Positions 1 through 11,200 of a DNA stretch of 64,000 nt are shown here, in pieces (within the stretch, counting starts at the first letter, position 1; each line of letters starts with the position of its first letter). The notes below the pieces were generated by a model. That model was not told the origin of the DNA, searched no databases, and saw nothing but the letters and a program-made list of their open reading frames with translations. The position numbers and the translations under genes are program-made. The DNA comes from Tubiluchus corallicola. Its lineage: Eukaryota; Animalia; Priapulida. Where the stretch lies: assembly GCA_030141605.1 (NCBI GenBank), contig JAQGDQ010000103.1, forward strand, positions 372,001 through 436,000, in the 5' to 3' direction.

Positions 1-300
1 TTGCAGGTAATGAGTTGGAAAAAGGAAGGAGACACTGAAAAATGGTAGACTAGTTTGAACCAGGGACCTGGGATTAGTACTCAGGTGCTCTGCCAGCTGA
101 GCCACTAGACCAACATGACAGAGCAGGTCTGAGATTTTTCCTTGCAGGATACAGTAGAACCCATCTGTACCCATGACAGAGGGGGATACTTTAGGTACCA
201 ACAATTTTCTCAAATTAGTTAGGAACTAGGATATCATTAATTAATTAGATTATGACTGTGATTGCCATAGTTTATAAACCACTGCAATTTATTTTAACAA
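1..300 (-). mobile_element. tRNA-derived repeat (SINE-like), copy 1; pseudo-tRNA core at 44-111
   Basis: Minus strand reads GGTCTAG-TGGCTCAGCTGG(A box)-CAGAGCACCTGAGTACTAATCCCAGGTCCCT-GGTTCAAAC(B box). T and acceptor stems are broken. The core and flanks are shared with 45757-45960. Confidence 0.7.
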
Positions 301-486
301 TCTTAGCCATACAATGTAGTTTATGCTAGCTTGCAAGTGAAAATATAATCCATAAAAAATCTAACAAATTATATATATTAAAATGGAATTCATTGCCGAC
401 CGGTTTCGAACAAAACTGTTCATTATCAAGGTTTCTAAAATAAAAGAAATTTACCAAAATTTAGAAACAACATCGAAATACAATTC

Positions 487-561
487 AGTAGTTAACAGCC
501 AAAAGATATATGATATAATATTATATAGATTATATCATACATCTTTTGGCTATTAACTACT
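487..561. repeat. Near-perfect ~75-nt foldback palindrome
   Basis: AGTAGTTAACAGCCAAAAGAT-ATATGATATAAT ... ATTATATCATA-CATCTTTTGGCTATTAACTACT; arms of about 33 bp. Confidence 0.85.
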
Positions 562-979
562 TAAAATCACTTATAATTCTATAAATATTAATCTTGACAA
601 AATTCACTGACTCACTCTTGTAAATTGTCTTGCAAGGACAGTACTTGCTCATGATGATAAAGAAAAATGCTCAGACTGCAATCTTGAGTGACTGAACCTA
701 AATGCAAAACCTGCAATCAATATTTCATCATCTTTTCACTAATCACCATTTCGAAGTTAGTAATTACCATATTTCTCGAAATATGACATGCAGTGGCGCA
801 TAAGACACCCTCCATTTTGCAGGGCAACATTGAAAAAAAGTTATGCCCCTTAATTAGGATTATGGCTGTTTTTTTGCTTGTTGTAATAATTTAAAGGGTA
901 GCAAAAGGGAGTTTTAGAGTATGTCACGAAGAATTTTCCAAACAAAGTTATATTACTTAGCATTATGCTTACTTGTTTG

Positions 980-1375
980 AAAGACTCATGCAATTGGAAA
1001 AGAATGTTTTCAATAAATTAAAATGTTCATGCCACTATGTAAAACAACATTGCATTACCTTCCCAGTGTGCACCACTGATTCACAAAAAACATATTATTG
1101 ATCTTACTCACAATATAAATTAATTTAAACTTTTGCTTAGTTAGTGAAGAGTGTGCTAAGAATGTTCTGATTAATTTTCAAACTTTACTCAACGTTATCT
1201 AAACTTATTTCAAAGACCTCACCATTAAAATAGCTGCACTTAATGGTCATCATCGCAGGAGTTTAAATTTTGAAGCTTTATACAGCATTGCTGCTAATAA
1301 AAGTTCTGTGCACAATAAATTTTTAAATGAAATTTTTAATCTTTATTTATAGAAGAGTGTTTTCTTGTGCTTTAA
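980..1375. mobile_element. Solo arm of the TTAA-flanked long-TIR DNA element family A
   Basis: Matches 6150-6627 and 19800-20214; ends in TTTTCTTGTGCTTTAA. Confidence 0.7.
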
Positions 1376-1888
1376 GAGTTTGTGATCACATGATATTTCT
1401 TGCTGCTAACAGACGACAAACATCTTGATGTACAGCAGCTATCTACAGGCTCTTGTCTGCTGCCAAAGATGTTGCCACAGATAAAGCACTGCAGGTACTA
1501 CAACTTAAATGATAGCAATTTAACATGCTACATAAACAAAGTGAAGTCTAGTATAGCATGAATACCATGCATAGTATAGCACAGAATACCACACACAGTA
1601 CAGCATAGAATACCTTTAAAGCAAATCAAAAATATGTTATGCAAAAACTAGCAGCAATTTGTTAAAAGGAAGACAGATGCTATCATCTATGGAACACAAA
1701 CAGCTCTGTAGCGATACTCTAAGAAGCGAGGGTTCCTGCAAATTTGTGAACAACTGAAAGAGACTGACGGCTTAACAAATTGTAACAAGAATGTCAATAT
1801 TCAGTCTTTATGAACAACGACTTTGATTTGTTTTCATCGTCTCAATAATGCAATCAACAGAACAGTTATTGTTGATAACAACATGGTA

Positions 1889-2922
1889 CAGTAAGTCCTC
1901 GCTTAACGATGCTAATGCAGGCCAGCAAAACGTTGCTAAATGAAACAATGTTTTCCATAAGAAACAACGTAAAAGCATTCACTTGCATTCCAGGAACAAA
2001 AATGAATAGTGCTTGATTATGTAAAAACATTCATGAAGCGTTGTTATGTAAAAGCATTCAGTTGTGTTGCCGGGGAAAAAGCAATAAAGTTTGGCTCATA
2101 AATTAAACACTTTATATGGTTTATTGCTTACAGTTCAAATTTACAGTTATTGCCAGTACTCACGAGCAGTTGGCTTATCTTCACCGTCAGTTTCAGCAAT
2201 TAATTGTTCAAAAGTTCAGCATAGATAATATGCCTTAAAAACAGCAATTGAACACAAAATCCGTCGGCTGTATTAATGCTGTATTATGTGGTGGCAGGAA
2301 AATGATTTTTGTCGCAAAGATCATCAATTTGAAGGCACATTGATAACAAGCATAAGAATTTTGAAATGTGTGTTCTATTGAGCACAGTATTCTCCATGCA
2401 GGGATAGCATGTTCGGTCAGCCATTCAGTGAAACTTTTGCCTTTTATCCGCACTTTCTTGTTATGTTTCCAAATGACAAGCAGGTGCATTTCCTGCCAAC
2501 AGCAATGTGAATTTGTCTTTTGTTGTTTTTGAAACCAGGCATTAATCTTTCTTCCCGCGATATATAAGGTCGTGTTGGCATACTCTTCCAAAAGAGTCCC
2601 ATTTCATCAACATTAAAACTTATTTGCTTGAATAACCACTGTCTGAGAGTATACTCTCAGAATAGTTTCAGATAAGAATTTTGTCTAAACAATAAATCAT
2701 TGTGTCATGCATAGCTGCATCTGATTACCTGCTATCAGTTTAGTTGTGGCACGGTGACCTGGGTTAAGTAGTGAGCTTCTTAACACACTACAAGCACAGT
2801 AAATAAGATTTTAGTATTTAAAGTAATACAAAAAAATCGTCGATAAAGCGAAACATGCGATGTTAAGCGAACAAAAATGGCAAAGGTGGCTAAGTGAGGA
2901 GTCGTTAAGTGAGGACTTACTG
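1889..2922 (-). mobile_element. pogo/Tigger DNA transposon, internally deleted, with decayed DDE transposase
   Basis: TIRs CAGTAAGTCCTC(G/A)CTTAACGA with TA on both sides. Minus-strand remnants NVDEMGLFWKSMP, IWKHNKKVRIKGKSFTEW and IIFLPPHNTALIQPTD match the pogo DDE_1 motifs (N.DETGLFWK, FLPPNTTS.LQP.D). Confidence 0.9.
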
Positions 2923-3776
2923 TACCTCTTTACTGCTTACGTTTTCATGCAGATTTGAACATCGTCACCACAGCACTTTCACAAGCATAAATATAGTTTT
3001 AATATACATTAAATTATAAACTAATGAATGCTACTGTAGTAGTAATATTAGAGTGCACTGCAACCTGATTTTACAGAACCAAATTTTTAAAACTTTTTTA
3101 CTGAAACAAAATTAGCCGAATTTCACAAAATTTTGCTTACTGAAACCGAATAGTTGCCGAAGTTTACCGACATTTTTAAAATCAATTCACAAGAAAGTTG
3201 CTTTAGCTATTTCATAAATCATATATATTTAACATTGCGTGTTAACACTATAGTAATTTCTTTAATATTACTGCTTAATCAACAATAGTCAAAATGTAAA
3301 TATCAGGACGAAACTAACTGAAATATTTTACACTAAAGTGCAATTAGCTGTTTTATAAATAATGGATAAAAAATCACATAAGGTTGCACATTGTTTGCAT
3401 GCACTTACCACTCTGTTTCTGTCTAATGTCCTAGGTGATATTTTTTGTCACACACCCGGCCGGGAATTTAAATATTCCACAATTCACACACAACGCTTTT
3501 AAAAATTTTTTTTGAAAAACTCTCCTCCCTCCCTACTGACATCTTTTGAACTCAAGAGATAAGACAGAAACAATTCTTTTGTGGCCGGCCTTACAGTTAC
3601 ACTAAATTCACTGAAAATTAAGACATTGGCAAAAATTCTTATAAGATTTATACTGTCTTCTGCTAAATTAACAAGAAAACCACGTGTACGTGCATCATAG
3701 AAATTAATAATGTCGACAAGTGAACAACTTGACAGTGTCCAGGCGCAGCACGGCAAATGGCAATTAGTGTTAGTGT

Positions 3777-3990
3777 GTGTTATCCAAATATAGATTACAT
3801 AGTGTTGCCCGAATATAGGTTACACAATGTTGCCGGAATATAGGTTACATAGTGTTGCCCAAATATAGGTTACACAATGTTGCCCGAATATAGGTTACAT
3901 AGTGTTGCCTGAATACAGGTTGCTTACTGTTATCCAAATATAGGTTGCTTAGTGTTGTCCAATTATAGATTGCTTAGTGCTTCGTGAATA
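3777..3990. repeat. 25-bp minisatellite, about 8 copies
   Basis: Unit approximately AATATAGGTTACA(CAA/TAG)TGTTGCCCG. The first copies alternate CATAGT/CACAAT (50-bp higher-order period), then degenerate. Confidence 0.9.
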
Positions 3991-5314
3991 TAAATTAAAA
4001 ATGAAAAGTGCACTTCTGCTTTTAATTCCTGAAATATTTGGTAATAACTTCTTGCTGTTTCAGATTTCTTTTCATAAGTTCTTTTTTCTCTTTCACTTTG
4101 AAGCACATGCTAAAAGAAAGCTTGTTTCATACAAGCTATTTCAGAAATAAAGAGAAGTTAGAAAACACCCCTTTAACAAATAGTTATGTGCAAAGTAACT
4201 GTCAGTGAAAACTGATCCTGTGGGCAGAGATCAGTGTTTTGAATGTCGCTCTGTTGAAGGACCATCTCGGGCCCGTGTGCTCTAGGCATAAGAAAACTCC
4301 AAAAGAAAATGGATCAACTGCAGTGTAGAAGTGGCTGACACTCAGCTTTAGGCTTTTCCTACTCAAGTATTCTACGCAACAGAAAGAGCCCTGAATAGCA
4401 CACCAAAAATACTTTTTTAAATATACAGTCATGATACACATGGTACAAATATAAGATGTCAACAACTTAGATAGCGCAGTACGACTAGATGACTAATACC
4501 TAATGTTAACCCCTCAAGTCAAGGTAGACAATTTTTGGTAACCGAACTAGGTCAACTCGGTGTACCAAGTCGTATCAAAAGCAATTAATTGTAGACCACG
4601 TTGCAAATAAATTGGTACGTAAAATGCAAAAGGACTAGTCAAAATTAGCAATATAATCCAGCAAGAAAGTTAACATAGTGTAGAAAGAGAACAAAAAACA
4701 CAACGTACAACCGTTCCCAAAAAAGCACTGACACAAAAACCAACTTTTTTGACAAGTATCATCAACAATAGGAGTAAGCTTCGTTTTGTCTTTGTGGCTT
4801 TTCACAAGATCCATGACGCAACGTGGTTGTAAGCTTGACCAATCGGCCCACTCCACCACAACCATCTCACTGATTGTGCGGACATAGCAAAATACTACAA
4901 AAACTGACGAAAAATTATTAACAAGGTACAAATAAAACTTATTTATATTAAAATGTTGTAAATATTAAGACAAATAACAACGACAGCAACAATGATGGTT
5001 TTAATTTACGCTATATTAGCAACCTTTATAGTATTGTCTTTAGTTCAGCAAAGGGAGAAAGTATATAGTATGATAAAAAAAAACAATTACCTTCCCTTTC
5101 AGAGAGTGCTAGTAGTTCATGAATTACTGTAATGCTAGTCATTTACCTGGTTTTAATCATCAGGAAATCAGATATATTTTAACCTATGTATTAACTTACT
5201 AATTAGCTTTTTTTGTATTTATTTTTTTTGTCTTAATGGTCTGTTGTATTGTTTCTACTTGTTTTTTGTTTTTTTTGTAAGAGACTTATAGTATTACCAG
5301 AAGGTAATCAATAA

Positions 5315-5452
5315 AGATGATGAAGAAGATGATGATGAGGAAGAGGAGGAGGAGGGCGATGATGATGATGATGATGATGATAATAATAATAATAAATAAA
5401 TAAGAAGAAGAAGAAGAACAACAACAACAATAATAATGATAATAATAATAAT
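5315..5452. repeat. Compound trinucleotide microsatellite (GAT/GAG/AAT/AAG/AAC)
   Basis: Directly visible. Confidence 0.95.
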
Positions 5453-5456
5453 TTTT

Positions 5457-6627
5457 TTAAACCACAAGAAAATGCGCGACTTACACGAAGCTTAAAGTCT
5501 TAAAATTTTATACATACTGCCATTCTGCATGTAGGGCTTGCATCGGCAGTAACATTGTATAAAACTTGTAAATTTGAACTTCCGCAATAACCATTAGATG
5601 CTGCCATTTTGAAGATAGGTCATTTGAAACAAGTTAAGATAACATTGCGTGAAGTTTGAAACAATAGCCAGAGCATTCGTCGCACACATGTTACTAACTA
5701 AAGAAAATTTTAAATTACTGTATCTTGTCAATAAGATTAAAAATACGTTTTGATTAGTGAGTGGCGCACCCTAGAGCGTGAGTCAGCAACATTTTTCCAA
5801 TTGGCACGAATACTTTAAATTATTATTTCTAGTTACATAAGTCTTTCCATCAGGTAAGCGAAATGTTAAGTAATATAGATTTGCATCAAAAGTCTTTTGG
5901 GGCATAATATAATATTAGATTTTCGACCCCTGATTTATGATTGCGTAGGTGACATCATGTAATGACGCCATCGGAACAGTATTGCAGGAGATTTAGAATG
6001 AAAACAAACAAAAATTTCTTTTAAAGGACAAGAAAAGGGGCATCTGAAGTAGGTTTCAGAAAAATCGCCTTGAAAAATTTTACTACTTTACGGTGATTTT
6101 ATGCACATATCGTATTCGCATTGAACGAATTTTCTTTTGTTTTCATCTTACATCTCTCGCAATACTGCTCTGACACCGCAAATCTATATTACTTAGTATT
6201 TCACTAGCCTGCTTGAAAGACATATGTAACTAGAAAAGAAAATTTTTAATTATTCAAAATGTTTTCACCAATTGGTAAAATGTCGCTGACTCACCCGTCA
6301 GGGTGCGCCATTCATTAGCCAAAAGCGTATTTTTAATCTTATTGACAAAATATAGTAATTTAAAATTTTACTTAATTAGCAACATGTATACTACGAATGC
6401 CTGGTTATTTTTCGCACTTTACTTCATGTTATCAAAACTTGTTTCAAACGACCTACCATTAACATGGCTGCGCTTAATGGTCATCGCGGGAGTTTAAATT
6501 TATATGGTTTATACAGCGTTACGGCCAAAGCAAGCCATGCATACGAAGAGGTAGTATGTAAGTGGTATAAAAATTCTAGACGAATTTTTTAAGCTTTATG
6601 TAAGTGGATGGTTTTCTTGTGCTTTAA
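5457..6627. mobile_element. Non-autonomous long-TIR DNA element family A, TTAA-flanked (Kolobok-like)
   Basis: TTAA-ACCACAAGAAAA at 5457 and TTTTCTTGTGCT-TTAA at 6627. About 450-bp diverged inverted arms (5460-5900 vs 6170-6625). Confidence 0.75.
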
Positions 6628-6720
6628 CGTGAGCATGATATATAATATTATATGTGATATATAACTTTCGAGGCAATTTTTCTGAAACCTACTCCAGGTA
6701 CCTCTTTTCTTGTCCTTTAA
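6021..6720. mobile_element. Second TTAA-flanked TIR element (family B)
   Basis: TTAAAGGACAAGAAAAGGGGCATCTGAAGTAGGTTTCAGAAAAATCGCCTTGAAA at 6021 is the inverted counterpart of TTTCGAGGCAATTTTTCTGAAACCTACTCCAGGTACCTCTTTTCTTGTCCTTTAA ending 6720. Confidence 0.75.
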
Positions 6721-6734
6721 GATTTTGCAACTCT

Positions 6735-7440
6735 GTGAGTGCAACATAGATCGCCTATTAAGATTTGTGTGCAACATTACATCACAGAGATGCTAGTGTA
6801 ACATCCATGTTAGACTCTCTAGAGTAGCCAAGCTTAGAACAGTGACACGTAGAACAACGTTTGTGCATGGTTCAGCGAATATTATACCATCTGGAATCTT
6901 GTAGCATCATGTAGATCAGTGGTTCTTAACCCGGGTTCGATCGAACCCCTGGGGGTTCGGTGAGTCGATCTCAGGGCTTCGGCAGAGCCTCCGCCACGGA
7001 GGTCCGGACACACTTGAATTATCGTCACACTGATTTGCAGGTATGTAATTTGTTGTGAGTTCTTTGAACAAGGTGATGTTCATGCACGGCTCATTTTGTG
7101 TACCAGTAAAAAACATACCTATGTGTTGAATTTGAAAAAAATCATATTTTATTTTTCACTAAAGAGGGGTTCGGTGAATGCGCATATGAAACTGGTGGGG
7201 TTCAAGATCTCCAACAAGGTTAAGAACCACTGATGTAGATATTAATAGTGATAATATTATTTACCAGAGGTACCAGGGAAGGCCGAAAATCACACCAGTA
7301 CAAGATTCAACGCTACCTGTGCAACAAAGATAGTTTTAAATATTCATTTGGTGCTCGTTCAGTCATCCAGTGGAATAATCTACTTTCGCACATTGGACAA
7401 ATCTCTGGCACAGTTAAGTTTAGAACACTAATACGATAGT
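6735..7440 (+). mobile_element. Decayed non-LTR retrotransposon (CR1/L2-group) RT C-terminus, split by a hAT MITE
   Basis: Frameshifted VQHR..RFVCN..RDASVTSMLDSLE*PSLEQ before the MITE. After it: SHQYKIQRYLCNKDSFKYSFGARSVIQWNNL, the typical LINE ORF2 end motif SF..R.I..WN.L. Confidence 0.75.
6917..7232. mobile_element. hAT (Charlie-like) MITE, 316 bp
   Basis: Perfect 15-bp TIR CAGTGGTTCTTAACC. Perfect 8-bp TSD ATGTAGAT at 6909-6916 and 7233-7240. Confidence 0.95.
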
Positions 7441-7649
7441 TAGGCCTGACATTTGGACAGGAATCATTTAAATACGGACTATAGATAGTGTAATTTCGTG
7501 GCCAAGCATACACGATGCTATAATATTCCTAAAGGAATGCTGCAGTGTCTACATTTAGATTCAAATCTGAGATTTATTGATGCTGACAAGGTACTGTGAA
7601 TACATTGAATCTATCATCCTTAAGGACGAGCCTCCAAGTAAGAACATGG

Positions 7650-8010
7650 TGGCAGGGTTCCTTTAAACACGTTACTGAACTCTTTTCTTTATTAAACATT
7701 TTTCTGATACTTATACAAATTCCTACAAAATCGCATGCTCTTTGAAGTTGAAAGGATGCTCAGCTGAATTATCTTCTGAACTACACATGGGACACAATAA
7801 ATCATTTTTACAAAAGCTTTGTAATTGCTGTTAATTTTTGTCATGTTCAGCCTTATTTTCATAATTTCACTGGTTTCTTTTAGACTACATTATTTAACAT
7901 ATTCTTTACATCCCCAATAATCGTTTTCCAAAAACCTTAGTTTACTACTTTGAGCAATCTTGTTTCTTATTTGTTTCTGCAAGTACATTTCAGGTTCACT
8001 TAAAGGCGGT
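7650..8010 (-). mobile_element. Decayed LINE ORF2 3' end with CCHC-like zinc knuckle
   Basis: Minus strand with frameshifts: KEYVK*CSLKETSEIMKIRLNMTKINSNYK ... NDLLCPMCSSEDNSAEHPF. Confidence 0.6.
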
Positions 8011-8071
8011 CGTAGAGAAAGATAGTAATTATTGGCAGGAAGCGCAGCATGCTGTATCGATTTGTAAGGCC

Positions 8072-8083
8072 TGGGACTTGTAG
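8072..8083 (-). promoter_or_regulatory. ZNF143/Staf-like motif upstream of putative KRTCAP2 exon 1
   Basis: The reverse complement CTACAAGTCCCA resembles the ACTACANNTCCCA housekeeping promoter motif. It lies about 150 bp upstream of the candidate ATG at 8226. Confidence 0.3.
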
Positions 8084-8225
8084 AATAGTAGTTGACGTGT
8101 ATAGCTGTATTTAATACATTTTTGAAATTCACGTGTTTGTTTCATTTCTTCATATTTTTTTACTTAAATCTTGATATCAAACTATATTACTACAGTAATA
8201 AAGGGCTGTTTCATTTACAAGAATT

Positions 8226-11200
8226 ATGGGTATGTAATGTATATGTATTGAGCCATACGACTCGGTTCAATGAACTTTTTGTAATCCAATGAATGCATTA
8301 ATTACCGCAAAAACGCATTAATCGGAAGGGGGAGAAAGTTATTGATGAATGACGTCCAAATCGCCCATGGCATCTCATATAAAATGTATTTGGAGGCAGG
8401 AGGCTTGCACCTCCATGAAATATGATTTAAATAGCTATTCATTTTATGACCAACCTAGGAATCACTGTTTGGGCAACAGTGTTTTAATTAAGAAGTGATT
8501 AAGTACTAGGGGTGAGCACTCTCTATCAGAAGTGAATTCGAACTGAATCGCATTTTTGCCTTTCGAATTTGAGTGGAATTGAATTGAAATTGAGTCAAAC
8601 CGAATTTCAAGATTTCGAATCCAAATCAAATTCGAATTAAATTTTAAAGATTTTTTAATCATAAGTGAAAAGCGACCTCGCAAAGACATTAGTAATTCAT
8701 TTTAAAATGAATGGGCCACAGAAATCGCAGCTAAATTGTGCTGATTGCTTGCTGTTTCAAATTTTTTAGTGATTAAGAACATATGTAGTTGAAGTGATGA
8801 ATTATCCGCATCTGTAATTTTAAGTTTGAATGAACTCGAATTTAAAAAAAAAGCTTACTTGAATCGAATTCAAACATTTGATGCTCACCCCTGCTAAATA
8901 CAGCAACTTTTACAGCAGTGCTGTACTTCAATTCTCGCTTTTTTCAAACACATGCAACACGCTTGTGGAATATTTTTGCAGTTGAAAATTATGTTAGTTT
9001 GTGATGTCATCAATAGCTGGGCTCGCCCTCCTTTAATTAAGTTTTTAATCTATTGTTTAATAATCAGAAACGCTTTTGCAGTATTAATTGTGTCGAAGTG
9101 TATACGTTTTACCAGTCTTGAAAATGGGGTAGTATATGAAAAATCATCCTGTCTTCCTTTAATATTCCTAAGAGCTTTAAACATCTGAGTGGAGTCTTAT
9201 ATACTTTTATGTATATCCTCAATACTTTAGCAGTCTTTCTTCAATATGTTTAATAGGTTTCTTCAGTTCTTTTTTATATTATCTTTTTATTTCTTTTTTC
9301 TAATACTCTTTTCTAATACTGAAGTCTGCATGTATGCATTAATATTTAACTTGATTTCTTTTTGCTCAAAGGATAACTGCTCATCTCAGGGACCAGTGAC
9401 TACTTTCTTTGATTTGTGAGTCTTATCATATCCTAGAATTTTTCCGAAGCTTCCATACATGAATCAACTATGTCATTCCATTTCTGCTGGACGTGATCAC
9501 CAGGCTTTTGCGTCAGTTGATGTTGAACTGTTTGTTGATATTTTGATTTAACTTCTTGATCTTCTAGCTTACTGAACTGAACATTTTGTACCGTAGGTTT
9601 CTTAGGAGTCTTCAAACACCAGTTCATATTGTATTTAACCATAACTAATTGATGATCTGAGAAGGTTTGTGTTCCAGAATAGGAGGAAGAATTATTCACG
9701 ACAATTTTGTGCTCTTTTACTATTATGTAGTCTATCTGATTTCTGATTGGTTTGTTCAAACTTTGCGTATCAGGTGCCTCCTATGTTGTTCTGTGAGCCA
9801 TTTTGTGTTGAAACGTTGTATTGGTTAATATCAAATTATCTCGTTGAACAAAATTTATAAGCATTCCCTGTTGCTATTCATGAGTCCTTGACCAAATTTG
9901 CCAATGTTATTTGGATAATTAATACAAACATCTTGAACCAGTTTTATCGTTAAAGTTTGGCTTATACTATTTTTTACTTATAGATTGTATGACTGCATCT
10001 AAATCATTGTAAAATTTCTCTTGCAACTCATGGTGTTGTAACTATTCTCTGAGTTGTAATGTGGTAATGCAGGTGCATAAGCACACAAAATTGCATATTT
10101 ATTAATATTAATACCTACTTGTAGCATACAGATCCTTTTAGTCATTTCCGAAAAAGTAGCTTTAAGTCCTTGCTTAACTATTATTCCTATGCCGCCATCT
10201 TTACGAGTTTTTGCTCCACCATAGTGAAAATCAAATTTTGTACCATTTGCAGAAATAAGATTTATAACTCCAGATCCAATTAAGTGTGTTTCTTGCATAG
10301 CAGTATTATCAATTTTGTATGAAACCATGTTTGTTGCGATGTGTCTGCATTATGTCAGATTTCAAGCTTGTAGAATTAAATGTGGCTATTCTAAGGTGCT
10401 TTACCTTGTGTGCTTTGCATTATAACAGACAGAAGTACAAGTGTAGTTCTCAAATAAAAGATAGAGATTAAAAGATGGTGATTTTGCATAAAATTTGTGC
10501 ATTGTCAAATGGCCCCACCTAGTGGTAAAACTTATAAAGAGTAGACTACTAGGTGATGAGGCAAGTTAGTTATCATTGGCAGGTGTGAGTGAATGGTCAA
10601 ACTGTTAGAATATAAACATTAGATCAGACACAAGTCATTAATAGAGTAAAAAATATTGAAGGTACCTTGTCGACTTATCATACCACATAGAAAGAAAATG
10701 TTAAATATCTGGAAAGAGTTTTGGCAATAAAAGGACATTTTTTTTCTATGGATATTTAGTACTGATATGTTTTCTTTGGGATTGTGGTACAAACCTAGAC
10801 AATTATTGTTACACTTCATCAATGATTATTGTTTGTGATTCATCAGTGATTATTGTTGGTGATTGAGTGTTTTTATCTCTCCAGCTGTGTCAAGTTCAAT
10901 GTCCATGCTGTTATCCTCAACAGTAGCAATTCTCATGTTTGCCGGGATGATGATGTACAAATCACAACTTGGTTCATCGCAGTTGATGACAATCCTTGGA
11001 GGATGGCTGGGTTCTGATCTGTTCATTCTCATATTAACCGTATCCTTTGTAGAAGTTATTAACAAGACTTTTTCATGGCTCCTTTTTCAGCACAGTTTGC
11101 TTGTATAACCCCAACAGACTTTGAAGATTGATAGTTATTATTAAGCAAAAGAGTCTTGTAAATTAAATAACTTACCTTTTTGGCAAATTTCGAACACATG

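Noticed and set aside
44-111. Functional tRNA gene
   Set aside because: T-stem, anticodon arm and acceptor stem are broken; the flanks are shared with a dispersed repeat.
3777-3990. CRISPR-like array
   Set aside because: No unique spacers; simple 25-bp tandem repeat in a eukaryotic genome.
4200-4250. SECIS element
   Set aside because: A hairpin with GUGA/UGA is present, but there is no apical AA motif and no associated selenoprotein ORF.
7313-7513. Cys-containing minus-strand ORF as a host gene
   Set aside because: Antisense shadow of a plus-strand LINE remnant.
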